Below, piece by piece: positions 27,134 to 37,347 of a DNA stretch of 64,000 nt. The DNA comes from a virus (Duplodnaviria > Caudoviricetes). The stretch is taken from positions 128,001-192,000 of the IMG/VR virus record IMGVR_UViG_2030936005_000025. One strand, 5' to 3'. The notes under the pieces are model-generated. The model was not told where the DNA came from, ran no database searches, and saw nothing but the letters and a program-made list of their open reading frames with translations. The translations under genes and the position numbers were made by a program. Each line of letters starts with the position of its first letter. Position 1 is the first letter of the stretch.

Positions 27134-29155
27134 TTAATCGCGAGCGATTGGATGCATGAACGCTTCCAGTGCACCGCCCTGTCGGTTTTTGATTCGCATG
27201 TTATTTGGATGACCCAGCAATGCACTTGCCTGCCAACCATACAGCAAGGTGTTACCCAGACCACGGTTCAGTACAGCGGTATGGAGACTGATGAAGTTAC
27301 GATCTTCTTGACCTACTGGAATACCGAAGTCCAGGTTCTCAGGATTACGTGCCATACATGCCCACAGGAAGATAGAGTGCATGATGGAGTTCGCTTCCTT
27401 ATATTTCTCATCAACCACCTTCCAGAATGCGATCAGTGTTTCACCATGAAGTTCTGGTGTCACTTTCACATCCCAGCGGTTATTGACATGAGGGAACTTC
27501 AGGAAGTTCTCAACACGTTTACGATACGCATCCAAGTCTTCGTTAACCTGTGGAAGTTCAAATGCCGGCTCTTTAAAGTCATAGTCTTTCAACGAGATCT
27601 TAAAGTTACGACCTTCTTCTTCCATTGGCTTACTCAGGAGATACTGAATGAACGTTTTAGTCATTCGCGCATCACGAGATGCAATCGTGGTGGTCAGTAC
27701 TGGGAAATAGGTTGCTTTCTTATCATCGAACATTGGGTTAACAATGCTGACTTTAAGTTTAATCGCTTCATAAGTACGGAAACGAGTTGCATCCAGATCG
27801 TCCAGACTGTCCATGAATTGGAAGTCAGAGAAGTCCTGCTGTGTTTCTTTATCCAAGATGATATATGGATCAGAGACATCGTTCAGGATATCTTTATGGA
27901 AATAAATGAAGTCACCGCTTTCATCGGTGGTGATATACGGCAAGTCAGCACGTTCTACTTTAAACCCAACAGAGGTTGCAGAACCGATACGGTGTTTGGT
28001 TTTCAAGATCGACTGACCGATAGGTTCAGCGAAAGTGGAACCATAGAACAGACCTGGGACACCGGCTTTCTTAGTAAATGGATTATACGGAATAGCAGAT
28101 TCCATTTTACCGAAACACTTGGAACAAGGTTTACCGTTATGCGAGTGATTACACCACGCAATGTCACGGATACGAATTGTGCTACCTGTTTCCAACTTCT
28201 TAATTTCAGCATAAGTCAGTAGGGTATTGGTGCCATCATCATTGATAGTCCAACGACCCACTAACGACTTCTTGAATTCAGTACTGATGAGTTTGAGAAC
28301 TGGACCCACCGTAGAACCACAATCTGTTTGATAACGAACACGCTGCACAACTTGAGACACGTTGTGGATCTTTTTATGGAACCACTCGGAGTCCTGAAGT
28401 GCAGAACCGTTACTGATCAGAGAGAAGCCTGCACCTTTGGAGTCACCCAGGGAATCGGCCAGGTTGGTAATACCGTCAGCATATCCAGACATGATCGTGT
28501 TCGGCAAGATAACGTTGTTCAAATCGAACACGTCACCACGAGAAATACACAATTGGAAAGACTGTGTAGAGTTTACCGAACGAGTACGATACAACAGAGT
28601 GAAGACATAGGAATCGAAATCCTTTTCTGTCATCATGATCTGTTCGAACTCTTTATGTCCATCAGCCATACTGGTTTTACGACTGTGAACACGCTCACGC
28701 AGATCTTTGATCTTAGGATGACGCAGAATGTATACGATATCTACAGCTCGTGCAGATACCACACCGGTCTCACCTTTGATCGCCAGATAGTTATGACATT
28801 GGTTATGCCAGGTGAAGATCAGCTGCTTGATGAAATCATAGAACACCGGATCATCATACTTCGGCATCAGGCGTTCCAGGAAATTATCAATTGGCTTCTT
28901 CAGCGTATCATCATCGATAAAGGACTGGCGTCCTTCATGCTCCTTTAACAACGCCAGCTCATTGATGTGATAAGGTTCATCATTATAATAACGATGAACG
29001 ATCAAACTAAACCAGGACAGCGCCAACATCCAACTGTCAGTGATTTGTTTCTCACCCTCGTCATCAATGACTTCGACTTTAAAACGGCGTTCCGTAAACT
29101 GCAACATAGAAAGACAAGACAGATTTGCAAACTCACGTAACTTTATCGTTTTCAC
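27134..29155 (-). CDS. Non-virion RNA polymerase beta' subunit, C-terminal part (phiKZ gp74-like)
   Basis: Funnel/bridge segment SGYADGI...ALQDSEWFHKKI, TDCGS, IRIRDIAWC...CSKCFG, FAEPIGQSILKTKH. Confidence 0.85.
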   Translation of the reverse strand: MKTIKLREFANLSCLSMLQFTERRFKVEVIDDEGEKQITDSWMLALSWFSLIVHRYYNDEPYHINELALLKEHEGRQSFIDDDTLKKPIDNFLERLMPKYDDPVFYDFIKQLIFTWHNQCHNYLAIKGETGVVSARAVDIVYILRHPKIKDLRERVHSRKTSMADGHKEFEQIMMTEKDFDSYVFTLLYRTRSVNSTQSFQLCISRGDVFDLNNVILPNTIMSGYADGITNLADSLGDSKGAGFSLISNGSALQDSEWFHKKIHNVSQVVQRVRYQTDCGSTVGPVLKLISTEFKKSLVGRWTINDDGTNTLLTYAEIKKLETGSTIRIRDIAWCNHSHNGKPCSKCFGKMESAIPYNPFTKKAGVPGLFYGSTFAEPIGQSILKTKHRIGSATSVGFKVERADLPYITTDESGDFIYFHKDILNDVSDPYIILDKETQQDFSDFQFMDSLDDLDATRFRTYEAIKLKVSIVNPMFDDKKATYFPVLTTTIASRDARMTKTFIQYLLSKPMEEEGRNFKISLKDYDFKEPAFELPQVNEDLDAYRKRVENFLKFPHVNNRWDVKVTPELHGETLIAFWKVVDEKYKEANSIMHSIFLWACMARNPENLDFGIPVGQEDRNFISLHTAVLNRGLGNTLLYGWQASALLGHPNNMRIKNRQGGALEAFMHPIARD

Positions 29156-31244
29156 GCTCTTTCCTTAATACTAAGCCAAAATCAGAGAACATATTGTCAA
29201 TCACCTGAAGAGAGTGGTTCTTCTTCTCTTCACCCGGTTTGATTAACTCCGGAATCAGGAACGGGTTGTCTGCACGGATCAAACGTTCCACTGAGGTCTC
29301 CAGCAGTTCAGCGGAGTTTGCCCAGGCCAACATTCGGGTTGCAGCTGCACCACCTTTCTGATTGATAAACAGACGACCTTCGGTTTCACCCACATTTCGG
29401 TTAAGCGTTGCACGATAGAAATCACGCGCACGTTCATGCTTAGACAGAGAGGTTGGCAGACCAAAGATATTCAGCTTCGGAGTAGACTGACAAGAAATGT
29501 CATCACCGAACTTATCGAGCATGATATAATACACACTACTGATAACGATTGGGTGACGAGTACGTTTTGTTTCACCCCACGGGTTAACGAAGGTTACTGG
29601 CGTGGGTTGGATTTCTGGATAACGGTCAACAAGGCGTTCAACAATCTTCACACCTTGAATTTCACCGGTATTGTTACCAAGAGAGGCGAACTCATTCTCA
29701 TCTGCCATAATCCACTTCAGATGGTTCATCCGCATTTCTTCGGTAAACGTATCCATGATTGCTCCGTGTTCTGGAGAAACCGTTTCATAGAAGTCATACG
29801 CAATCTTCCATGCTTTCGCATAGTCCTTGTTATTGTACGCTTCCACGATCTTTGGATACAGATGGATATTGACGAAGTTCACGTCCAACTCGATGAACGA
29901 GTTATAGATCTGTCGACGATAGCCAGGTGTGTTACCCACAATCATATCTGCCATCACACCGTGATCATCTACCGGAGCCATGTGGCTTGGCAGAACTTTC
30001 ATGATGATCGATTTGTTACCGTCCATACCGGTATTCTTGAAACGCGTCTTACCTTCTACATCTTCACGCAGATGGATTTTCACACGCCAGTCTTTCAACT
30101 GAATGTTACCGGTTTTACGCTTAACTTTGTTATACCGACCTTGACTGGTTGGTGTACTGAAGTCACGCGTGATGTTACCTGTGCCTTCGAAACAAATCAG
30201 ATTCCATAATGCACGAGAGATCGGAACCTTCTTGTCTTTATAGACACGCTGTTTCTCTTTGAACCACTTCACGATGGAGTTAGCGAAGTCGTTCTGTGCT
30301 TCTTCGATCTTCTCCAGGATAGCAGTGTGAGGTTGACTGCGTTTGTCAGCACGTTTGTTATTCGAAACGTTCTTATAACGCTCAGTGGTGACTTCGATAT
30401 CTGCTACCACACAGTTAGGGCTGGTGACGTGGAACAGGATATCATAAATCGGATCTGGTCGCATCAGTGCAACTTTCGTGAGCGCTGCCATTGCGGTATC
30501 AGCAGTCTTACGACGGAAGCCCATAACGATACCATCAGCACGGACAGGTTCGCCAGAGAGTGGGAATGGTTGAGGGTCATCGATTGTACCATAAAGGTTC
30601 AACGGAATATACTCATCTTCATTCCACTGGAAGTCATGGCTGCGTCTGAACGTTACACCAATCTTCTTGGCATAATGCTCAAAGATCACCACCGCATCCT
30701 CCTCGGTATAGACGTGAGACATTGCAGCAACTTTAGTCTCAACACCCGGCACCCATTCGTTACTCTCGGTAATACGAGCAGAGGTACCGAAGACCGTTCC
30801 GCGACTATAACGTGCACCTTTCTTCAGAGAACGAAGAAGATCATTGTTATATTTGAACTCGAAGCCGAGATCCATATTTTGAGCATGGAACTTAGCAAAC
30901 TCTATGACGTCATAGAGGCCTGTCTCGAGATCCTTTACAATGACATAATGCGAGCCCCACTCATTGGGTTCCTTTTCATTGATGATGTTACGCACAAACA
31001 GAATCTCTTCAACTTCAATATCGGATTCTGTCTCGATCTTACGAGCACCCTTCGCATATTCCTGTTCTTCACCAGAACTATATTTACGATTTGTGGTACC
31101 GTGGATAACAGCTGCCTTACCCTGGTTCTTCCCGAGCATATACAAACGAGCAGAAGAGTTAGTGGCCCTGTTAGTATTCATACCGATAGCGACGCCGGCC
31201 GTATTCGGTTTTATTTGGTTACTTTTATCCATGTTACTTAACAC
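29133..31244 (-). CDS. Non-virion RNA polymerase beta subunit, C-terminal part (phiKZ gp71-73-like, uninterrupted)
   Basis: NSSARLYM, EEDAVVI, TGMDGNKSII (cf. RHGNKG), MLDKFGDD, NRNVGETE (cf. RFGEME). Confidence 0.85.
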   Translation of the reverse strand: MLSNMDKSNQIKPNTAGVAIGMNTNRATNSSARLYMLGKNQGKAAVIHGTTNRKYSSGEEQEYAKGARKIETESDIEVEEILFVRNIINEKEPNEWGSHYVIVKDLETGLYDVIEFAKFHAQNMDLGFEFKYNNDLLRSLKKGARYSRGTVFGTSARITESNEWVPGVETKVAAMSHVYTEEDAVVIFEHYAKKIGVTFRRSHDFQWNEDEYIPLNLYGTIDDPQPFPLSGEPVRADGIVMGFRRKTADTAMAALTKVALMRPDPIYDILFHVTSPNCVVADIEVTTERYKNVSNNKRADKRSQPHTAILEKIEEAQNDFANSIVKWFKEKQRVYKDKKVPISRALWNLICFEGTGNITRDFSTPTSQGRYNKVKRKTGNIQLKDWRVKIHLREDVEGKTRFKNTGMDGNKSIIMKVLPSHMAPVDDHGVMADMIVGNTPGYRRQIYNSFIELDVNFVNIHLYPKIVEAYNNKDYAKAWKIAYDFYETVSPEHGAIMDTFTEEMRMNHLKWIMADENEFASLGNNTGEIQGVKIVERLVDRYPEIQPTPVTFVNPWGETKRTRHPIVISSVYYIMLDKFGDDISCQSTPKLNIFGLPTSLSKHERARDFYRATLNRNVGETEGRLFINQKGGAAATRMLAWANSAELLETSVERLIRADNPFLIPELIKPGEEKKNHSLQVIDNMFSDFGLVLRKERENDKVT

Positions 31245-31256
31245 CTCTTTTCATTA

Positions 31257-31290
31257 TACATAAAGATAATATCTGCCTGATTATCTTTAG
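31257..31290 (-). promoter_or_regulatory. Putative early promoter of the nvRNAP beta/beta' operon
   Basis: GATAATCAGGCAGATATTAT-CTTT-ATGTA. Confidence 0.7.
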
Positions 31291-31314
31291 CACGAAAATA
31301 ATTGGAGATTTAGA

Positions 31315-31659
31315 ATGCCTCTTCCTTATACCGGTGGTGACAGTTATTACTACACCGACGAATATAAAGTTATCGTGAGATCTTGCAAAGAGGTCTTGCT
31401 TAAGAATGCCGCATTTACCCCGTTCTTAGAACCAGGTATTCGATTTGCTTATCGATACAACTTCCATAAATTCCTGCGTCAGTTAAGAACCAGTACAAGT
31501 GACATGGTGGCAATACCCGAAGAACTGATTTGGACTATTTCCTTTATTAATGGAATCGAGAATCCGAATCAAGACTTCAGTCACTTAGAAGGGATCTATT
31601 CTGTTACGTTTGAACAGGTCGACATGTTAATCCAAAGTACCCGTACCGTTCGTCAATAA
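31315..31659 (+). CDS. Small conserved protein, possible LysM/T4 gp53-like baseplate component
   Basis: GGAG SD. ELIWTISFINGIENP resembles the gp53/gpX 'W.I...N.I.dP' signature. Function is inference. Confidence 0.55.
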   Translation: MPLPYTGGDSYYYTDEYKVIVRSCKEVLLKNAAFTPFLEPGIRFAYRYNFHKFLRQLRTSTSDMVAIPEELIWTISFINGIENPNQDFSHLEGIYSVTFEQVDMLIQSTRTVRQ

Positions 31660-31676
31660 AAAATAAAACAGTAATG

Positions 31677-31704
31677 CTACTCCCTACGATATCGTAGGGA
31701 GTAG
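31677..31704. terminator. Perfect 28-bp palindrome between convergent genes
   Basis: CTACTCCCTACGATATCGTAGGGAGTAG. Confidence 0.8.
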
Positions 31705-31726
31705 TTATTTACTTTTTGTTTACTGA

Positions 31727-33199
31727 TTAGTAACCGTTGTTCACACCGCCGTTGAACATGCCATTGTCCTGAGGGAACAAGTTGTTCAAGCCGTTGCTTT
31801 GCATACCACCATTCATACCGTTAGTCTGAATCCATGCGCCGGTAATTGGATCTTTCACCATACCGTTGTTCTGCTGTTGCATGTTGTTCATCATGTTCAA
31901 CATACCGTTGTTCATCATGGGATTCATCATCATCGGGTTCATCATCATCATGGGATTCATCATGTTGTTCCCCTGCATCTGGGGCATCTGGAAATCTTCA
32001 GAGATGAAGCGACCGTCTTCAGCCAGACGACGTACACGGATCATGCCATTCTGCTGCTGGAACTTATATTCATAAATCCCGTTGCCCTGAGAATATTCAC
32101 AACCAATGTAAGTCTCGCCTGCCAACGTTGCTGGGATCGGTGGCGCACCACTAGTAGACTGGTTATTCTGCTGTTGGTGCTGTTGTTGCTGTGGCTGAGA
32201 GCTGCCAGTGTTGAACATACCCAGCGCCGGGTTGAAGCTGCTGATACGATTGGTATTGATCGAGCTTGCTGTTTCTGGTGCAGAGGTCAGATTATAGTTG
32301 TTATAATCCAACGCCGGAATCAGAGATTTCAGTTCGCCGATCTCATCCAGATCAGAGATCCAATCCAGGTCGATACCATAGATACCGATAGAATCGAACT
32401 CTTTACGGAACTTACCGATCAGAGCATTCAGATCAGAAGCGACCAGACCATAGGAGTGCAGATATGCAATCAGACGTGCTGCATCCGGAGACGTAGAAGA
32501 ATACTTCTTACGGCTTGGATCGATACACGCCGGCAGCGCCATTTCGAACAATGCGATCACGGTGTTCAGTGCTTGCATAGAAACATTCAGGCCGTTGAAG
32601 CTGATACGGTCAGATGGTTTCAGATGTTCGTTCTGGCTCACTACACGATACAGTTCACCATAGAACGGGAAACTTGGCGTCGCAGTATAATACGCCGTTT
32701 CGTCGTTGTCGGTTTTACCGCCTTTGATCAGCGAGAAGTTAATCAGACGAGAATCGATACCCTGATCTTCAACATCGATCGAGATGGTTTTGATCACATC
32801 ATACACTTCCTGCTTGGCTGCTTTGGTGATGGTTTTGAATGGCTCCATCTGCTCCAGCATTTTACCGCTCAGTGTCTTGCCACTTTTCTTGGATGCCACA
32901 GTGACCAGCACATCGAAGATTGGTTGGAAGACAGAATACAGTTTAGCCGCAGTCAGCTTACGAACCACTTTGAAGACTTCGGTCTCTTTGGACATGATAG
33001 ATTCACATGCCGGATGGAAGAAGACTTTACCGATGGTCACGCCGTTCAGGTTTTCGGAAGTTGGCAGATAGGTTTGTTTACCGTCTACCTTTACTGGAAC
33101 ATCGACGCCAGACATGTTCAGCACGATGGCGTGGTCATCGTTGAACTTACAACCCCAGGACTTCAGCATGGCTTCATACAGTTTGTTCAATTTGTTCAT
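31727..33199 (-). CDS. Conserved protein (phiKZ gp70-like) with Q/M/N-rich low-complexity C-terminus
   Basis: 490 aa; QPQQQQHQQQNNQ and NMMNPMMMMNPMMMNPMMNNG segments; synteny. Confidence 0.7.
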   Translation of the reverse strand: MNKLNKLYEAMLKSWGCKFNDDHAIVLNMSGVDVPVKVDGKQTYLPTSENLNGVTIGKVFFHPACESIMSKETEVFKVVRKLTAAKLYSVFQPIFDVLVTVASKKSGKTLSGKMLEQMEPFKTITKAAKQEVYDVIKTISIDVEDQGIDSRLINFSLIKGGKTDNDETAYYTATPSFPFYGELYRVVSQNEHLKPSDRISFNGLNVSMQALNTVIALFEMALPACIDPSRKKYSSTSPDAARLIAYLHSYGLVASDLNALIGKFRKEFDSIGIYGIDLDWISDLDEIGELKSLIPALDYNNYNLTSAPETASSINTNRISSFNPALGMFNTGSSQPQQQQHQQQNNQSTSGAPPIPATLAGETYIGCEYSQGNGIYEYKFQQQNGMIRVRRLAEDGRFISEDFQMPQMQGNNMMNPMMMMNPMMMNPMMNNGMLNMMNNMQQQNNGMVKDPITGAWIQTNGMNGGMQSNGLNNLFPQDNGMFNGGVNNGY

Positions 33200-34737
33200 T
33201 GGAAATAGCTCTCGATGTTAGAGAAGAAGTTAGAACCAGCAACTTGTGCCGCTTCACTGGTGCCCAGAATCGGACTGGTCGAGTTAATGGCAAAAGTCGG
33301 GAATGCACGAGTGATACCAACTTGTGCGCCGGTATCTTGCAGATCGAAACCTTGACTCAGGTTGCTGTCATTCACAAGCTGCAGATCGATAGTGGTGGTA
33401 CCGAACAGCTCGCCGCTGACGTTGAAACGGATCGGTGTCATCTGGTTGATGTTTAAACCATTCAGACGCGTAAAGATCTGAGTACGCAGTGCTTGGACAA
33501 ATGCTTCACAACGTTGACCCAACTGGAAGTCATCTTCCTGAATTGGAGATGGTGCATACGGCAGAATAACGATGTTATCCAGACCGCCGTCGCCACCGAA
33601 GTGATCACAGTTAGAGCCTTTGAAGTTAATGCCATTCAATCCATACTTCAGCATTAAATCAAGCATGTTTGCTTCAAGCTCAGATGCAATAACTTCCGCA
33701 TAGTTAGATGTGCCAAAAACTTCGGTGTTCTGAGTCAGATCGTCTACTTGGAAATCAGCAGCGTTCATGAAAGTCAGATCCAGGACATCGTCCAGATTGT
33801 TGAAAGCCATCATCAGGTCAGCAACAGAATAACCAGTGAAACCGCGAGACTGATGGATACCCAGCTGGTTCATCATTTCACGGAAGAACGGATCACGCAG
33901 TAACTGAGGTTCAGCTTGTTGAGCCTGATAACTGAGCACGTTCAGTTCACCGAACAGTCCATCAAACTGGGTACCCATTTCACCCATATCCATCTGGCTG
34001 TTTGCCATCAGTTTATTGGATTGGAAGTCGGTACCGGCTTTCAGGATATCAGACGCATAGTTAACCGGGTTAGTGTTTGCACGTTTAGATGCAATAACAC
34101 CTGCACGATCAATAGATGCGTTCGCTGGATTGACAACAGGTGACATACCGTCGAGCCCTTCATCTTCCATGCGTTCCAGAACACTGTCACGGCTCGCGCT
34201 TTCCAGACCATACTCGATAACGTCAGCCGGTCGGAGCGTCACAAGACGGTTGTTGTTCGAACCATCGTTAAACATGTAGTCAGTACGACCACCGATTTGA
34301 CGCTGAATGCTGGTTGGGTTTTCGATATCACCGAAGTTACTGGTAATCGTTTCCTGAGTCTTCCAGGACATGACCGGATGGAAGATCGCATCTGAACTTA
34401 ATCCGTCCAGCGTTTGGTTGTTGGAGATATACCCCAGCACGTTCATGTACTCAACCAGTACAGGACTGTCCTGAACAATGAGCTTGAGTAACATCAAGCC
34501 TTTGGATTCATTCCAGCCACCCTGGATAGAGGCATAGTCGGTTGCCTGAGCATTAAGGCCGCCAGACATGACGGCGGTATGCAGCAGTGTAGAACCTTTA
34601 ACACCACCATTATGATTCTCATACGTCAATTGATCGATCAGCTGACTGTTGATATCCATCGCTGGGTTACGAACAACCTGGTTATGATAATAGTTGGTGA
34701 GACCTGCTTTTGCACTGACTAACTGAATACCGCTCAT
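33196..34737 (-). CDS. picA: Nuclear import factor PicA/Imp1 (phiKZ gp69-like)
   Basis: 513 aa, immediately downstream of the gp68-like gene. Assignment rests on size and conserved gene order. Confidence 0.65.
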   Translation of the reverse strand: MSGIQLVSAKAGLTNYYHNQVVRNPAMDINSQLIDQLTYENHNGGVKGSTLLHTAVMSGGLNAQATDYASIQGGWNESKGLMLLKLIVQDSPVLVEYMNVLGYISNNQTLDGLSSDAIFHPVMSWKTQETITSNFGDIENPTSIQRQIGGRTDYMFNDGSNNNRLVTLRPADVIEYGLESASRDSVLERMEDEGLDGMSPVVNPANASIDRAGVIASKRANTNPVNYASDILKAGTDFQSNKLMANSQMDMGEMGTQFDGLFGELNVLSYQAQQAEPQLLRDPFFREMMNQLGIHQSRGFTGYSVADLMMAFNNLDDVLDLTFMNAADFQVDDLTQNTEVFGTSNYAEVIASELEANMLDLMLKYGLNGINFKGSNCDHFGGDGGLDNIVILPYAPSPIQEDDFQLGQRCEAFVQALRTQIFTRLNGLNINQMTPIRFNVSGELFGTTTIDLQLVNDSNLSQGFDLQDTGAQVGITRAFPTFAINSTSPILGTSEAAQVAGSNFFSNIESYFQ

Positions 34738-34739
34738 AA

Positions 34740-36371
34740 TTATTCAACCTCTAAAGTATTTGCAATTTTAATAAGTTCGATAAGTTCACGCTTGATGGCA
34801 GGAAGCAGATCAACCTGATACATTTGACCAGTTGACATCAACGCCACGAATTGTTCATCACCGAGGAGACCAGGTTCAATAGTAGAATCCCAGCCAGATG
34901 CACTTAACTCATCGAGAAGGTCTGTAACCGCCTTCACCAGAATGTTATCAGTGCTGGATGTAGATTGTCCGACATAAATGTCACACAGTTCTACGAGTGC
35001 GTCACGATCTTTGGTATTGAGCTTAAAGTCATCATCCAGATAAACCGGTGGATAACTTGGGTTGCGCACAATCGAACACAACTGTGCTAAATGCTCGAAT
35101 CCCATTTCAAACAGTTTTACCTGAGCCAGACAGATGGCCGCCATTAACTGATCATACTTCAATGCCGGATACAATGAATAATTGATATCCTCAGCAAAGG
35201 TCAGTTCCAGCAGTTTCAGGTGAACGCCGGTTAAACGGAAGCTCCAGATACGTGGCAGAGTGTTGAATAGTTTCTCAGCCAACTTCTGGTTCTTGATACC
35301 AAACCCCAGACATTGATAATAGAAGAAGTCTTTGCTTTTCTTCACCCACTGTGTTTCTGGGTTACCGAAGGCGTCACGACCCATCTCTTCATTATACATG
35401 TCGAAGGTGAAATACTCAGCCTGAGCAATTTCATCAGTACCGTTTACCGCCTGAGTAATACGATAGCTTTCCGGGATCGACTGATCATCAGAACCTGGTT
35501 TTGGATCGCTGTACGTTTTGAACTTCACGTCAGCTCCGCCACGAATCTCACCTTCAACCAGCGAGTTCAGTTCTTTCGATAAGTTCTTACCGTTGATCTT
35601 ACTTGGCAAGAATGTCAGACACAGTTTGTTGAACAGACCTTTATAAATGATGTTGTTGATATACTTCACATCACTTACAACGGCGATACTGTTGCGACGT
35701 GCTTCCTGACGCATACAAGATGCGCGGACATACGTTTCCAGAATCTGCCAACCCGGCATTTCAGTCAGCGGTTTGATCTTAGAGATCAGAAACTCACCGG
35801 CCACTGCGTCTTTGTTATCTTTACCCGCCATGATCGAAACATGATCGACAAGCTGGTTGATAATTGGGAAACACAGTTGTGTTGCAAATGCCTGCTTAAC
35901 CAGTTCAACATACTTGCGTTCATCGATTGTTGTTTCTTCTGGATAGTCGCCCAGTTGAGACATCGCCATCAGATCTTTCGGTGGATTGGTTCGTCCGGTT
36001 ACGACTGCACCATAAACGATTTCCGACGGTGGAAAGACGCGATAGATTTCGTTAACAACATCTTCGAGTTTTTCGGTCAGGAACTTATAGTCCTGATTAT
36101 ATTTGCGAAGTTCACTGAGTTCTTCAGTTTCTGCTTCATCAAAGTAACCCGGAGCCAGAATACGTTTACCCGCTTTGAGCAGCTGCCAGAGTTTATCGAG
36201 TTTCTCCTGAGAACAGCTCTGAAAGAATTCATTCAGATATTCAAACAGTTCTTGGTTGGCGTCGCCACCATTTACTTTCTGCCCACCGGTAAAGATCATC
36301 GTCTCACCGTTGTGCAATACCTCAATACCGTCAATATTCTTTTTACCCGACATACGAGTAAGATATTGCAT
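34740..36371 (-). CDS. Non-virion RNA polymerase sigma-like fifth subunit (phiKZ gp68-like)
   Basis: 543-aa helical protein at the gp68 position, behind an early promoter motif. Confidence 0.7.
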   Translation of the reverse strand: MQYLTRMSGKKNIDGIEVLHNGETMIFTGGQKVNGGDANQELFEYLNEFFQSCSQEKLDKLWQLLKAGKRILAPGYFDEAETEELSELRKYNQDYKFLTEKLEDVVNEIYRVFPPSEIVYGAVVTGRTNPPKDLMAMSQLGDYPEETTIDERKYVELVKQAFATQLCFPIINQLVDHVSIMAGKDNKDAVAGEFLISKIKPLTEMPGWQILETYVRASCMRQEARRNSIAVVSDVKYINNIIYKGLFNKLCLTFLPSKINGKNLSKELNSLVEGEIRGGADVKFKTYSDPKPGSDDQSIPESYRITQAVNGTDEIAQAEYFTFDMYNEEMGRDAFGNPETQWVKKSKDFFYYQCLGFGIKNQKLAEKLFNTLPRIWSFRLTGVHLKLLELTFAEDINYSLYPALKYDQLMAAICLAQVKLFEMGFEHLAQLCSIVRNPSYPPVYLDDDFKLNTKDRDALVELCDIYVGQSTSSTDNILVKAVTDLLDELSASGWDSTIEPGLLGDEQFVALMSTGQMYQVDLLPAIKRELIELIKIANTLEVE

Positions 36372-36400
36372 AGTTCTTCTCCAATAACTATTATAGGTTA

Positions 36401-36435
36401 TACACGCTAATAATATCTGTTCAAGATTATTTAGA
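36401..36435 (-). promoter_or_regulatory. Putative early promoter of the gp68-picA-gp70 operon
   Basis: AAATAATCTTGAACAGATATTAT-TAGC-GTGTA. Confidence 0.7.
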
Positions 36436-36503
36436 ACGGTATAAAAGAGACGTTAGCTTAGCTATTAATTGTGGCTGTTGTTTTTATTAATATTGCATAT
36501 ATA

Positions 36504-36533
36504 GACCTCCTAACCCGTGAAGGTTAGGAGGTC
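36504..36533 (-). terminator. Hairpin after chmC-like gene
   Basis: GACCTCCTAACC-CGTGAA-GGTTAGGAGGTC. Confidence 0.8.
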
Positions 36534-36552
36534 ATTTAGTTTATGTTACTGC

Positions 36553-37332
36553 TTAGAAATCGATGTCATCATCGAAGTCAGGGGTCTGCGCTTGGCGAGT
36601 CTGTCCGCCACCGCTGTTACCACCACCATTTCCGTTCCAGTTTGAACCGCCGCCCTGGTTGCCGCCTGAGTTGTTGTTGCCACCCCAGTTGTTTCCCCCG
36701 CGGTTGTTATTACCACCGTTGTCGCCACCTTTCTTCTCACGAGGTTTGAAGTTGTTGAACTCGTAATCTTCCAGGAAGCGTTTGGAGAAGTCGATAAACG
36801 CTTTGGCGTAGACACGTGACATCAGGCCACGGTTCTCAACCGGTTCGCCACCGTCAGCACTTGCCATCAGGATTACTGAGTCAAATGGAGAGGTGAACGG
36901 GAACATAACTTTGTAAGTACCCTTGGTGTAACCGACCAGGATACGACCTTCGTTATCACGGATAATGGTAAAGGTAGCCAGCGTTGATGGATGATCGTTC
37001 ATACGACCGCCCTGACCGAATACCGTTTTCTTAACCAGGTACTGAGACTTGGTGAAGTTAGGGTTACGGATCGCTTCTTCCATCAGACCGAAGATAGCGC
37101 CGCGGTCGAATACAGAGAGCTCGACTTCTTTGCTCTTAGCATTCTTGTCTTGCTGCCCCCAGACACCGTCGTTGACTTTGAAATAGATGTTACCGTTCAG
37201 GCCACACTCCCAGGTCCAGCGGGCTGGATACTTGGCACCTTCAACCGGCTTGTCTGAAGTTGGCATCGGATAACGGAAATCGTTGAACATGGTCTGTGGG
37301 CGACGTTGTACTTGTTCTTGTGGGAAAGACAT
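36553..37332 (-). CDS. chmC: Nucleus-associated nucleic-acid-binding protein ChmC-like (phiKZ gp67 position)
   Basis: 259 aa; aromatic/basic folded domain, G/N-rich tail and acidic tip DFDDDIDF; directly upstream of the gp68-like gene; highly expressed codon usage. Confidence 0.65.
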   Translation of the reverse strand: MSFPQEQVQRRPQTMFNDFRYPMPTSDKPVEGAKYPARWTWECGLNGNIYFKVNDGVWGQQDKNAKSKEVELSVFDRGAIFGLMEEAIRNPNFTKSQYLVKKTVFGQGGRMNDHPSTLATFTIIRDNEGRILVGYTKGTYKVMFPFTSPFDSVILMASADGGEPVENRGLMSRVYAKAFIDFSKRFLEDYEFNNFKPREKKGGDNGGNNNRGGNNWGGNNNSGGNQGGGSNWNGNGGGNSGGGQTRQAQTPDFDDDIDF

Positions 37333-37347
37333 GGTGTATTCCTTTTA

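Noticed and set aside
27152-31241. Long antisense ORFs (356, 206, 257 and 304 aa) over the RNAP genes
   Set aside because: Same-register antisense frames expected from codon bias; no motifs or expression signals.
31860-31990. Short tandem ATG/AAC-rich repeats as a CRISPR or other DNA repeat array
   Set aside because: In-frame, imperfect, codon-level repeats with no unique spacers.
31799-33208. 469-aa plus-strand ORF antisense to the gp70-like gene
   Set aside because: In-register shadow of a strongly biased gene. Its His/Val runs mirror the ATG/AAC repeats, and it has no SD or recognisable domain.
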